This document shows positions 1 through 12,900 of a stretch of DNA of 64,000 nt, in pieces; positions within the stretch are counted from its first letter, which is position 1; every line of letters starts with the position of its first letter. The position numbers and the translations under genes are program-made. The stretch comes from Tubiluchus corallicola (lineage: Eukaryota; Animalia; Priapulida): NCBI GenBank assembly GCA_030141605.1, contig JAQGDQ010000232.1:1-64000 (forward strand), written 5' to 3'. The notes beneath the pieces were generated by a model that was not told the origin of the DNA, did no database searches, and saw nothing but the letters and a program-made list of their open reading frames with translations.

Positions 1-24
1 TCCACCAATGCATGTTTTTCTGTG

Positions 25-67
25 ACACACACACACGCACGCGCGCACACACACACACACACACACA
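25..67. repeat. (CA)n microsatellite with CG interruption
   Basis: acacacacacacgcacgcgcgcacacacacac... read directly. Confidence 0.95.
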
Positions 68-2107
68 TATCTTCATATCAAATACCACTCGCCAAATTTA
101 TGTTTCTGTAACAAGCAACAAATGCATTCAGTTTGAACTTCAGTAGTCTACGCACATATTATAGTATATGCATGAAGAAGCATATTCATATACATACTTG
201 TTCAGTGTCTGTTATTACCTTGCAAATTCTTCGAGTTGGAGTTGCAAATTTTAACATTACAGATTGCAACGTTAGAAACCTTCTTAAGGAAATTCCAAGT
301 AGCAGTAAAAAATCAAAATCAAAGGTGATTTTATTTTAGTGACGATCAGTTCAATTTCAACCTTGTTTTTCTCATAAGTGTCATATATACATATATTTCT
401 GTGTCAACTTAAAATGCATTATCATTTACAACCCTTTGTCATCTAATATAGCTTAAATAGGCACTATATAAAATTTATGAAGCGCTAATTTTCGTTTATA
501 CCAACCAAATTTATAAATCTTTCGACTTGCTTTATTGCAAAATGAAGGATTGGTATATTGTTACATGGAATAGATTAGATCAATGCGGCTACTGTAATAC
601 CCATTGTGTATTGTTAATACTATTAGCCTGTTGACCTGCAAAATTTAGTGTTAATAAAGTTATGGCGAATATAATTCACACATGTAGATTGTGTTGTGAT
701 TATGATGGTTTATGCGCTCTATCCGTCTCGTGTTTTTGCTTTTTGTGCAGTTTCTCCATCCAGCGGTTTATGCTATTACAAGATGAACCACATTCGTCCT
801 CGGTGTCGTCACCGGGCGAATCCTATAAATGTGGATACGCCCTTCGATATTAAAAACTTAGTTTGATAAATGGGCGGCGTTGTGCGCAATTCCTGTGACT
901 AATAACTGCAATTTTTGTTAATGTTGCTCTTAAGAACTTTACTGAGAGGGTGTGCAGCGTTGTTTTGTCAAATTGTCGTCCAATGCGGAACGATGAAGCA
1001 GCTCCTCTACACTTAACTGTACACAACTGACACACATCTGCAATTCTCGTGACAACGTCCTATATCTTCATACTGGGATTATTGTCTGGTGTGAACAAAG
1101 GCGTGTCAACTACTGCAATTAATTTATTAAACGCTTAGCTTTACGAAACAAATCTCTACGGTCTCAACAGTAAGATTATTATCTAATCAATTAATGTAAT
1201 CACGGGAAATACGTAATTTACTGAAGAATTTCTGTTGAGGTTTACAGAGGGTATCTATCCAGGTCTAAGATTTTCCCATAGGCTTTGATTGCCAAAAAAC
1301 AAAAGAATACATAATATAACTTTATCAGACTCTGAAAAATCTCCAATAATAACAAAATGCTCACTTAAAACCAATTCTTCACTTACAAGTTTTTATGCAA
1401 TTTCTTTGTGTTAGATGGCTTTCCATAATTGCGTCTATGTGGACTTCTAAGTACGGTCTAACATCCATTGAAAATAACTTTCTTATCGGTGGAGATGCAA
1501 TTCTTTCACATTCTGATACATAATATGACCGTAATTTATTTATCTGCTTGTCTTTTGTTTGTTATTCTGCTTATTAGTGCCTTTCATTTTGTTTGTTTAT
1601 CGTATGCATGTCTTGTTTCGTGCTTTAGATTACGAATCGTTTGGTTTGATGGTCAGAAAATGATAATATTTATGTTGGTTGTTCACGAGAATTTATTAGT
1701 TGGGTGGTCTTCGTTTCGTTCGTTGAAATGTGATAGTTTAATACATGGGCTGAGGGTTCAGTAGTCTTGCAAGTTGAAAATATTTGTTGAAGAATGAAGA
1801 TTTAACGCATGTGAATAAGGGGAAGAAGGCTATGTGTTCTGGGTAGATATACTGGACCATCCTAAAATTTAGAAAATAGAACGTTAAGGAGTTAGAAAAG
1901 AGTCATTTTCTGGCTGCTTCTTAGTAGCTGCCTGTCAGGCAACACGCCTTTATAAAAATTCAATCGAAAATTGAGTCAAAAATCGTGTCATTGAGACAAC
2001 TAAACAACTACATTGGAAAATCAAATTATGAACATGGTGATCTAATATAGCAGTCAGTGGTCCAGTACGCTTACAATAAAAGCAACCACCTTACAAAGTT
2101 ATAGGGA

Positions 2108-2225
2108 CCTAGAGTTGAATGTCCTTCTCAAAAATGCTGTATAGCAATTGATCGATGGTGCATCTATGTTTGCAGCTGGCAATTTGTTCCATAGGTTGAC
2201 AACTGAGGAAGCAAAAAGGGAGTAG
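2108..2225 (-). mobile_element. CR1/L2-type LINE 3'-end remnant
   Basis: Minus-strand translation YSLFASSVVNLWNKLPAANIDAPSINCYTAFL resembles the 'F..RVV.LWN.LP..VV.A.S...F...L' C-terminus of CR1/L2 ORF2. Confidence 0.6.
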
Positions 2226-2725
2226 ATTTATTTTACGTTGCGTCTGAATTTATTCGTCGATATTTATACAAGCTTATTGCGTTTCTGCCATGCATTGCAA
2301 ATTCCGGTACAGATAGCACGCTTAAATACACTCAGGTATTCTGTGACACAGGGAACGCATGGCCTTCCGTGGTTTGGGGACCTACAGCCTTTTTCATAGA
2401 GCAATACGTAACTGAACGAAGTACACGGAGTTATTACGTATTGTTATATGTGTTTTTGCATTTATGTTAAATGCTGTATAATTCTGCTTTTTTGGTGACG
2501 TAATCACTTTATGTCTCTATATAACGAATTTCTTGACTAGGATCTTATTTTGTCACCATGTTGTTTATGCAATCTTGTCAGTGGATTGCCTTGACTTATT
2601 GTAAGAAAAGTCAGGATGCAAAAGAACCATTTTCAGTTTTGTACAATCAGGCACTATGTTGATGTTAGATAGTAAGGCAAAACCGTTTTGACCGAGAGCT
2701 TTAGAATATTCATTACACACTAAAC

Positions 2726-3072
2726 CACGGGTGTGCAAACTGCGGCCCGCCGAGAGATCTTGTGCGGCCCGCGAAGAGGTTTGTCAACGTAATGAAAGTG
2801 CAGCCCACGTGATCCAGCTGAAGTCTGCGCCAATATTGCAAAGATAGTGCGGGTAGTTTTTTCTTCTAGATCGGATGGCATTAACCCTTACAAGACCGTT
2901 GTCACGTAATGTCACTGTCGGACATGACGAAATATATGGTTTTTAATATAAATTTTAATAACTTCTAAAATAGTTTCTTGAGTGTAGTAATGCAGTAGTA
3001 ATGATGTGCGCAAATCGGATGCAAAAAAATCGTTATTAGGTCCTACAGTACTTGGCTCCTTGACCAAACTGC
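2726..3072 (+). mobile_element. hAT (Charlie-like) MITE, 3'-truncated copy
   Basis: Left TIR cacgggtgtgcaaa follows cactaaac (2718-2725). The right TIR and TSD seen in the 9097-9511 copy are replaced by ttttgcaaac. Confidence 0.8.
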
Positions 3073-3330
3073 TTTTGCAAACAGAATTCTTTTCGTTTAC
3101 CTCTACTTACATAACTTACATAACACTTGCTTAACTTTCAAGTATTTGAAAAAAGATGATACTTGTCTTGCAATACCAGTACACTGACAATACTTTTCAC
3201 CAGCGTAATAGTAATATTGAATGCTACCTGACACTTTTTCAGAACCACCTGGAATTATAATATTAGTATTGCATATCACTAATATTTATTGTGTGAGGCG
3301 TACATACAAAAAGCTAGTTTTGTTTTTCAG

Positions 3331-3433
3331 GCCATTTGAGATACTAGTTGATCCTAATATGCATGAAGTCACACATTTTTGTTTACCTCAACTACTGTCA
3401 TTCTTGAAACAGTCAACAGCATTTCTCCATCAG
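3331..3433 (+). pseudogene. TAF2: Orphan duplicate of a TAF2 exon ([34 protein letters not shown])
   Basis: Same translation as exon 9764-9866, with intact ttttcag acceptor and gtaagc donor, but lying upstream of the exons that normally precede it. Confidence 0.85.
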
Positions 3434-3775
3434 GTAAGCGATTATGTAACTTACAGTATTACATAATGCATCGCCAGATATTGCAAAACAACTTTCGCAT
3501 CTTAACACTGTCATGCTTGACAGCTCTTACTATTTCTTAGACTGGTGGATCATTCTTTTTATGAAAGGTCATTAGTTCCCACATTAGTTCCTACATTAGT
3601 TCCATGTCTTTGAAAATGTGCTAAAAGTTTTTATTTATAAGTTTTAAAAATAAATAAGATCTGTAGTCATTGTGTAGCCATTAGTGAAAATGCTGTGGAG
3701 GTGCTTGCAAACAAAACATTAATTGCACTACTGATGAAACATTTCAAAAAAGTAGTTTATGTGTATTGTGTCAGT

Positions 3776-5143
3776 ATGTGTAGAAAAAGGACAACGTTGT
3801 TGGCCTTCTGGGTTATTTTGATGCTTATTCTGGCATGGATTTGGTTATATTTCTCAAGCAGGATAAATCCAAGAGAAACTTCTAAGTTTAGCCACATTGG
3901 TTTTGTACTCGCAACAAATTATCAAACTGGAAATGTGCTAGACCATTATGGATACGAAATATCACATTTAAGCAGTGTTAGTGATAATAAATTTGTGGTG
4001 GATAGGACAAAGATTGATATAGAAAAACGTGTTATAAGTCCTTCAGATATAGCTCCTCATTTAAATGATACAGCTGATGAATTGCTAAATAATGATGTGA
4101 TTAATGTGACAAAAAAATTTAGTGATGAAAAACTTAATAGTAAAGAAAAATTTACTCAGAAAAAGAGTGACAAGAAGCAAAGACTGATTTTGTTGTGGAA
4201 CAGATATATGGACGATTATTTTAATTTTGGGGAAGGAAGCAAACCATTTGAAGGATGTTGGGCAAAGGGGCAAAATTGTGAGACCACAAATGACAAATCT
4301 CGTCTGAGTGAAAGCGATGCCGTAGTCGTGCATGTACGAAATTTATCTACCAACCCCACTGATCCTTTTCCAAGTACCCGACCACCAGGCCAGCGATGGG
4401 TGTTTTTTGTCTGGGAACCTCCTATCAAAATGAACCCTACACATGGGAGAAATCCTGATTTATCCCACCTTAACAATGTCTTTAATTGGACCATGACATA
4501 TCGCCGTGATTCTGATATTCCCAGACTGCACGGTATTGTTTACAAGCTTCCAAAGCCTGAAGAGCAAAGCATTGTGAATTATGCTGAAGGCAAGACAAAG
4601 CTAGTCGCTTGGTTTGTCAGCAACTGCAATGCTTATTCCGATCGCCTGGAATATGCAAAAGAATTACAGAAACATGTACCTGTTCATATCTATGGTAAAT
4701 GCGGTAATTTAACCTGCATCGGTACACAGAAATGCGACGATATGCTGAAGAGGGATTACAAATTTTACTTGTCATTTGAAAACTCGTTCTGTCGTGATTA
4801 CATCACAGAGAAGGTGTACTTCATGCTAATGCATAGCAACGTCATACCTGTTGTTAGAGGAAGTGCAAACTACGACCATGTAACTCCACCACACTCTGTC
4901 ATCAACACTGCAGATTTTGAGACTCCCAAACATCTAGCTGATTACCTATTGTATTTGAATAAGAACGACACAGCATACTCTGAATATTTTGCATGGAAAC
5001 AGAACTACGCCATAAAGCGTGCTCCTCGAGAGAGTTTTTGCCTCTTATGCGAAAAACTGCACAATCCAAAGGAAAGTCCCAAGGCTTATGATATACAAGA
5101 TTGGTGGGTCAAGCAGAGCAGGTGCATAGAAAAACAAAACTGA
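3776..5143 (+). CDS. Alpha-1,3-fucosyltransferase (GT10 family), intronless CDS, type II Golgi membrane protein
   Basis: ORF 3695-5143; likely ATG at 3776 (alternative 3734). Short basic tail plus TM segment (TLLAFWVILMLILAWIWLYF), stem, then SDAVVVH, QRWVFFVWEPP, FNWTMTYRRDSDI, VAWFVSNC and the alpha-1,3-FucT motif YKFYLSFENSFCRDYITEK. Confidence 0.93.
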   Translation: MCRKRTTLLAFWVILMLILAWIWLYFSSRINPRETSKFSHIGFVLATNYQTGNVLDHYGYEISHLSSVSDNKFVVDRTKIDIEKRVISPSDIAPHLNDTADELLNNDVINVTKKFSDEKLNSKEKFTQKKSDKKQRLILLWNRYMDDYFNFGEGSKPFEGCWAKGQNCETTNDKSRLSESDAVVVHVRNLSTNPTDPFPSTRPPGQRWVFFVWEPPIKMNPTHGRNPDLSHLNNVFNWTMTYRRDSDIPRLHGIVYKLPKPEEQSIVNYAEGKTKLVAWFVSNCNAYSDRLEYAKELQKHVPVHIYGKCGNLTCIGTQKCDDMLKRDYKFYLSFENSFCRDYITEKVYFMLMHSNVIPVVRGSANYDHVTPPHSVINTADFETPKHLADYLLYLNKNDTAYSEYFAWKQNYAIKRAPRESFCLLCEKLHNPKESPKAYDIQDWWVKQSRCIEKQN

Positions 5144-6976
5144 AAGACATTTAGATTTCAATGTAGGCAATAGTGATCTTTGTGTTAACAACAGTTCTGC
5201 CAATACTTCTGCCAATAGTTCTTGCTAGTTGTTTCTTGTCCAGGACCATAGGGAAAACAATGCAGCCTGCATTCTGCTAACATTAGAATTTGGCACTGAA
5301 GTGTCATCGCAATGAATAAATAGTTATCGAATTTGCTAAGTTGTTACACACCTTTAAAAGGTTAGCACAAAAGTTTTGTAAAACTAAAACAAAATTGTGA
5401 TACGAAAAAACTCGTTTTCTGTAAAGAGAGCCTCTGAGCTGAGTTAGGTTGTCTTTCTTTAATGTCTTAGCATGTGGAAATTTGTTCAAGCATTATTCAC
5501 TGGTCCTCAGAATTCATCAATAAATGTTTGCATTGACAGTAATAGTTAGAGCTACAGCTGCAATTGTTTAAACAGAACGCATAAAAGTATTTTTAAGTGA
5601 TAGTGTGGTGCTTTTTTATCAGATGCTTTTCCTTTCTTATATAATTTCAGTTATGCCTGAATTTGCTTTAAAAGGAAATATTCCTACTTAAGTAATATCA
5701 AAAAGTATATTTCATACAGTTTATGAAAAGTGAGTTAAAATAATTTTAAATTATGTTGTAATTTAATAATACAGATTGTATTTGAATTACTCTGTGGATA
5801 ATTTTATGTATTGTAAATTTGATTTATTTTATGTATAGAGTAAAATGTTTCTAAATATTATTTTTATATTTAAAATGCAGAAGTTTTAACGTCTCAAAAA
5901 CCTTGGTGTTTTATTATAAATTGTAAATCAATTTTTTTTAAATATAATGTAATATAAATTAGTCTTGTGATGTTGTATTGTACTGCGATTAATGTAAATA
6001 AATAACAAATTAATTAGCAATTTATATCAAAAATTTGTTACTGAAATTTCTTATATCATGTTTCAAATATCAAAATAATGAAATGAAAATTTCCTAGTAA
6101 TATGCACACTGTAGTGATTTGCTTATTTACGTTTCTGAAAGCTGTTATCTAAATTTTCTAAATCCAGGATTGTAAATTATAAAAAGACTATCATTAGTCA
6201 ACACAGTTAAAGAGACAAATACTGCCTGTTTTGCACAAGGCATGATCATGTTGTTTTTTGTTGTAATACGGGGTTTAGGTACTAGGTTTTTTGCTATGCC
6301 AAACATTTCACTTACTGTTGTGTCATAGTTATATACAGACATCTTGGTTATTGGAGTGATGCGGATTTTGGTGTCTCATACAACATGCTCAGACATATTA
6401 ATAACCTAGAATACTTTATTGCACTTTCAACAATGAAAACCAATATTATTTCCTGATGAATTACCCTTGTTTGGGAGTAATCCGTTTTTGCTTGTTTGTT
6501 CGTAAGCTTCTTGAAAAGTTGGGGATGGATATCATTGAAACTTCATAGAAATATGGGTTACCAGTTTGGGTTGGAAAAAAATTATTTAGGTTTTAGTAAC
6601 AATCATTAAAAAAAGAATTTTTTATTGATTAAGGAGATCCTTGTGTGAGAAATGTCAAAGAGTACTGTAGAGAAGTTGCAAAAAATAAATTAGCCATTAG
6701 GAAATTATGTCGAAACAATTAGTGGCATCTTTATACAAAGCTAAGAAAATTGGGGATTAATTTGGAGATACATTTGCTTTACACAGTGCATTTCAGATTT
6801 TTCAGGATTTCTCTGTTGATTGCTTTCTTGTCACAGGCAAAAAATTTAAAAACTGTTTAATGTAGCTAAACTCTGTTTACAAATTATAACTGTTTGACAT
6901 TTATATCTGTCTTGTATGTATATATTTAGTTTTCATTTGTGTGCATTGTATGAATTCTTAGGTTTTATTTTATTAG

Positions 6977-9900
6977 AACTCAAGCCATTTCGTTTGAGTG
7001 TAGAATTTTCTTTGGAGCAACCAAAGGGTGGAATTCATTTTGTAGTACCAAATGCTGAAGGAACAATGGCTGATGTATGTACAGTTTTGAATGCAACAGA
7101 TTATTTATTATCACAACAAAACCTTTTTAATTTTGTCACCATTGACAGTTCATGGAATTTGTGATTGTCATATTGTCAGGCTGCGTTGCTAATTGTAAAA
7201 ATTACAATGCTGTATTGGTACATAACGGAAAAATTAAATACTTAATTTTGTATAACATCATTGCATCATGTTCTTGTTAGCTGGACTCTTTCATGTGATA
7301 TTGCTTACACACATGAAAAGCAAGGAATTCACCAGATCTTGACCCAGCCTATTAAGCAGGCAATTAAATCAAAAATAAATATTGCTAATTTGTTCACCAA
7401 ACCATTTTGCCATTTACCGCTATGAATCAGGACATAATTTTTTCACAAGATGGGTCGCTTGCCAGAAATTCCATGCAGCAGTGGTATCTTTATCAATGAA
7501 AAACTGCTGTAAAAATATGGAGTATTTGCACTATGGAACTGCATAAAACAAATGTTTAAGTTCAGCATCTAGGTCAGATTGGTACTGATCTAGGTAAATT
7601 CAATAGCAATGTGTCGGGTATAACAATACTTTGTACCTGTTAGGGTCAGTGACAATGTCAGGGCCACAAACACAGTTGAGTAAAATTTAACATGCAGTTT
7701 GTTACTTTTTTAGCGTGGTGTGCACATGTTCACATATGGAACGGAGAACTCTTCTCGCTTGTGGTTTCCCTGTGTGGATTCCTACTCGGAGCCATGTACG
7801 TGGAAGCTGGAGTTTACAGTGGATTCGTCACTGACTGCTGTGTCGTGCGGAGATTTACAGGAAGTAGTGTACACTGCAGATATGAGAAAAAAGACGTTTC
7901 ATTATTTTCTGGGTGTGCCGACTAGTGCACCCAACATAGCCTTGGCTGTAGGGTGAGTACAAACTGTTTAATAATGAAGCATGGTTTAACTCACAGTGAC
8001 GATATTGCTGTATTGTTAATATGTTTCTTAAACTGCAGCGTGAACTCTGATGTTATGTTTAAAAAAAGAGTCTTGTTGGATCTGTCACTGGTGAGTTTTA
8101 ATGTATATGAAGGTTTATGAGACATGACATTAACCTCCAATACAATTTTAATCGCTTATCTCTTCTGTGAACTGCATAAATGTTATATGACATAGAATTC
8201 CTTTACTGTGCCTTTTACAAGGTACACTCATATCTCGGTTTGCTGGACAAAAGCGGGGAGACGTCAGTCCGAATTTGCCGATTGTCCCTATTTTCCAATA
8301 CTAAACTAATACAGTAGGTGCCGTGTATTACACTCACGATAATGTAGAATCAATCGCCTAATTGTCTCAAAAATGTCTAGTACGGGCCGCTTCTATGAAA
8401 AGTACGCTTCTATGAAAACTCAGCAATTGACTCAAATAATTCCGCATAATTAATTCTATATTTTTATACATAGAGATATACACGTGGTTACACTGATGTA
8501 CGTGATGTAAACAGAGTGACTGCCCACCAACTAGCGGTCAGCTTTCAAAATAACGGACTGTGTCAGTATTATGCAGGGTGTAAAAGCGAGGTCCGGCAAA
8601 CTGGAGATATGAATGTTTATACTTTTTCTCTCTGTATATAATCTCCTTCAAGTTCTTGCTGATCGGTACTTTTTTGCTATTAATACCGATACCAACTTAT
8701 AGGTGACATTTGATATGAATAGGCCTCATTATCAGCACATATTGATTCACACGGTAATACGTAATGTGTTTTTACATTTATGTTAAATGCTGTATAATTC
8801 TGCTTTTTTTGGTGATATATGTGTTTTTGCATTTATGTTAAATGCTGTATAATTCTGCTTTTTTGGTGATGTAATCACTTTATGTCTCTATATAACGAAT
8901 TTCTTGACTAGGATCTTATTTTGTCACCATGTTGTTTATGCAATCTTGTCAGTGGATTGCCTTGACTTATTGTAAGAAAAGTCAGGATGCAAAAGAACCA
9001 TTTTCAGTTTTGTACAATCAGGCACTATGTTGATGTTAGATAGTAAGGCAAAACCGTTTTGACCGAGAGCTTTAGAATATTCATTACACACTAAACCACG
9101 GGTGTGCAAACTGCGGCCCGCCGAGAGATCTTGTGCGGCCCGCGAAGAGGTTTGTCAATGTAATGGAAGTGCGGCCCACGCGATCCAGGTGAAGTCTGCG
9201 CCAATATCGCAAAGATAGTGCGGGTAGTTTTTTACTCTAGATCGGATGGCATTAACCCTTACAAAACCGTTGTCACTTAATGTCACTGTCGGACATGACG
9301 AAATATATGGTTTTTAATATAAATTTTAATAACTTCTAAAATAGTTTCTTGAGTGTAGTAGTGCAGTAGTAATGATGTGCGCAAATCGGATGCAAAAAAA
9401 TCGTTATTAGGTCCTACTGTACTTGGCTCCTTGACCAAACTGCATGTGGCCCACAGGAATTGTGGGAATGTTTAATGTGGCCCGACTAGTCAGATAATTT
9501 GCACACCCCTGCACTAAACATATAGAATTCTTTTCGTTTACCTCTACTTACATAACACTTGCTTAACCTTCAAGTATTTGAAAAAAAGATGATACTTGTC
9601 TTGCAATGCCAGTACACTGACAATACTTTTCACCAGCGTAATAGTAATATTGAATGCTACCTGACACTTTTTCAGAACCACCTGGAATTATAATATTAGT
9701 ATTGCATATCACTAATATTTATTGTGTGAGGCGTACATACAAAAAGCTAGTTTTGTTTTTCAGGCCATTTGAGATACTAGTTGATCCTAATATGCATGAA
9801 GTCACACATTTTTGTTTACCTCAACTACTGTCATTCTTGAAACAGTCAACAGCATTTCTCCATCAGGTAAGCGATTATGTAACTTACAGTATTACATAAT

Positions 9901-12900
9901 GCATCGCCAGATATTGCAAAACAACTTTCGCATCTTAACACTGTCATGCTTGACAGCTCTTACTATTTCTTAGACTGGTGGATCATTCTTTTTATGAAAG
10001 GTCATTAGTTCCCACATTAGTTCCATGTCTTTGAAAATGTGCTAAAAGTTTTTATTTATAAGTTTTAAAAATAAATAAGATCTGTTAAAATTTGAAAGTC
10101 AAACATCAAAACCGTAGAAAGATTTTGCCTTGTTTGAATGTGAGCCTTGGGAATTCATCCCTCTTAGACAAATGCATACTCAAAAGGGACATTTAATAAA
10201 TAAATGCAGTGCTTGCAGTTTTGGTATTTGCATAAGCAAGAGATTATGTGCAGTCTGGTTTCATGTTATAGAATTTGCTGCATCTTTATTTTAGGCATTT
10301 GAGTTTTACGAGGAATTGCTATCGGCTCGCTTTCCATATTCATGTTATAAGCAGGTGTTTGTGGATGAAGCATTTACTGAAGTCGCTTCGTATACGACTA
10401 TGTCGATACTTAGGTAAATTTGTACTTGATTTGTGTCCGTGTTGAAAATGTTTTTAAAGATAGTTCTAGATCATATTGGCTACAATATCTAGAACACAGC
10501 ATTACTCACAGTTCTTCAATCATACATTTTTAAACCTTCGCACATGCTGTACGTTGTATGTTTGCAAAACCATCATGGGAAACTTTATTTGGTTAAAATC
10601 ACCTTTACACATTTACAATGCCTACGTTAAAGATAAGTATGCGTTGCCCAACTGACAAAGTTTTTATTTATTTTTTCCAGTACAAACCTTCTGCATTCCA
10701 AGCACATTATTGACCAAACACCGATTTCCCGTCGGTTGATGGCTAGTGCAATTGCTCAGCAATTTTTTGGTTGTTTCATTGCGATGAACTCATGGTCAGA
10801 TGCATGGTTGCCTGTGGGTATTGCTGAATATCTGACTTGGAATTATGTGAAGAAAGCATTTGGTAACAATGAATATAGACACTGGATGCATCAAGTAAGT
10901 CTGGAATAACAAAAAGTTTATGGAGCAGCTGCTGCTTTGTAACTTGTATTACCTCTTAGGATCATGCCATATTTTTGAAGCTACAGAGAAAAAGTTTATT
11001 TAAATACGTAATGTTCAGTATCTTGCATTTAAGTTATTAGTAGTTTAAATACTTAAAGCATTTTGCCTGCTTTTTAGGTCACATGTCTTACACATATTGA
11101 CTTTGTGAAGAATGCTGAAAATTTTATTGCAGATTATAAAGTTTACTGAGCTGTCATGTAAGCAAAAGTTTTATATTAAAAAAGCCATATGAGTGTATTA
11201 TTATTGTTGTTAAATATGAAGGTGTGACTGACTAAATAGTGTATTAGTTGATGAACCTTTACATTACATTCATGAAAAATTATTCATCATCGTTCTGACA
11301 AACAAAATTTTAAGCCTTCAGATACCTATCAAGAAATTTTACTTATGGCTTATGACTACTAACCAAACATCAGTGTTTTCTTTTACTTTTAGGATCTGAT
11401 GTCAGTGTGTGAATATGAGACGAATGTTGGTCAGATAGTGTTGGACAAGTCTGCTCAGACGAAGAATAATCTGTATTTTTCAGCGCAACATCCATTCACC
11501 ACGTCCGAGCAGTATAAATTACATTACAAGAAAAAAGCTAATCTAATCATGAGGATGCTAGAATTGAGAATTGGAAGAGAGTTATTGTTGCAAGTAAGTT
11601 TCATAGAACAAGCAAGACAGTATTATAACAGAATTATAGGTGACATGTACAGGGTGTTCCAGAAGAAACAGGGCTGTAGAAATATAGCAGTATGCTGAAA
11701 TGTGCTGGTCAAGCCACAATGAAAAATGCAGTTGAGTATAAGAGTGATTCAGTAAGATATTTATACTATAGTAACTCCTTGAAGTGTGCATCACTAACTT
11801 GTAGACATAAATTGAAACGCCATTGCATGTTATGAAAAGCATGTTCAAGTTTATCAGTTATATGCTTTCATGCCCAAAACGATTGTGCACGTATGCATTA
11901 TGACATCGTAATCAGATAATTATAATATTATATTTTCATAATTCAGCTTTTCTTACCACATACATTCCACTGTATATGCACATCAGCTCATTTCTACTGG
12001 TCTCCTTCTTTTGAAACACCTTGTAGTGTAACACCCTTTATTACTTTAAAGATGTTGCTTGTTTCAAAATAAGATATGTTTGTACGTTATACAGTTCATG
12101 AAAGAAGACCTGTCTGGGCTGAGGAAATGCTGAAAACCTGATACAGATGATTTTATAATTTTATTAGAATTTGCCTGTAAGGCTGCTCAGAGTTGTTAAA
12201 CTTAAAAACTCAATAAGTTACTTTATAACCTGTCTCAGTTGTGATTGCAAGGCAATATTTTCTCTTAAAATTGTAATCTATTCATAAATAATGGAAGGAC
12301 TTTAGCAATAGATTATAATAACTTTTATGTAGGTTTTCAACAAGTTACTGTCTCTGGCCACCATTGCAGCTCAGCAGAAGTTTCAGAATCAGACATGGCA
12401 CAATTTGCTTCTGTCAACAAACAGCGTAAGTTACTAGCTAATATTTCTTTGTCTGTATTTTATCTTGCTGTGTGCTTCTATTTGTGCCTCAATAGAAATT
12501 ATACTGTCAAAGTCTGAAATCACTTTCTCATAATATAGGTTTTTTCATGTGTGTCATGCAAGCAATGCTTATAAATTGGATAAAAATTTTACAAGTGTAA
12601 ATTGTTTTTTGCATATTTCAGTTTCTAAAGTCTATATCGACAGTGACTGGAAAGGACATTCACATTTTCCTTGACCATTGGGTGTATCCTTGAATTGCTC
12701 ATATTTGAAATAATTCTGGTGTTGAACATCTCATTTCTTAGCCCTCCGGTTATTAAAACATCTTTGTTTATGGACCAATAGTTCTTTGCCTTCTTATAAT
12801 TAAAGGAGTGTTGACGTCTTTTAGAAAGCATGCTTAAAAACTGCTTATAAGTTATGATACCCAGAGGCGGATTATGATTTTATGGGCCTTAGGCTTGAGC

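Larger units (their letters stand above)
2445..3664 (+). repeat. Segmental duplicate (copy 1) of TAF2 intron-exon-intron segment 8816-10085
   Basis: Near-identical to 8816-10085 from tatatgtgtttttgcatt to taaataagatctgt, with scattered substitutions and small indels. Confidence 0.95.

Noticed and set aside
4085-4494. Minus-strand ORFs overlapping the fucosyltransferase
   Set aside because: Antisense shadows of a real CDS with no recognisable motifs.
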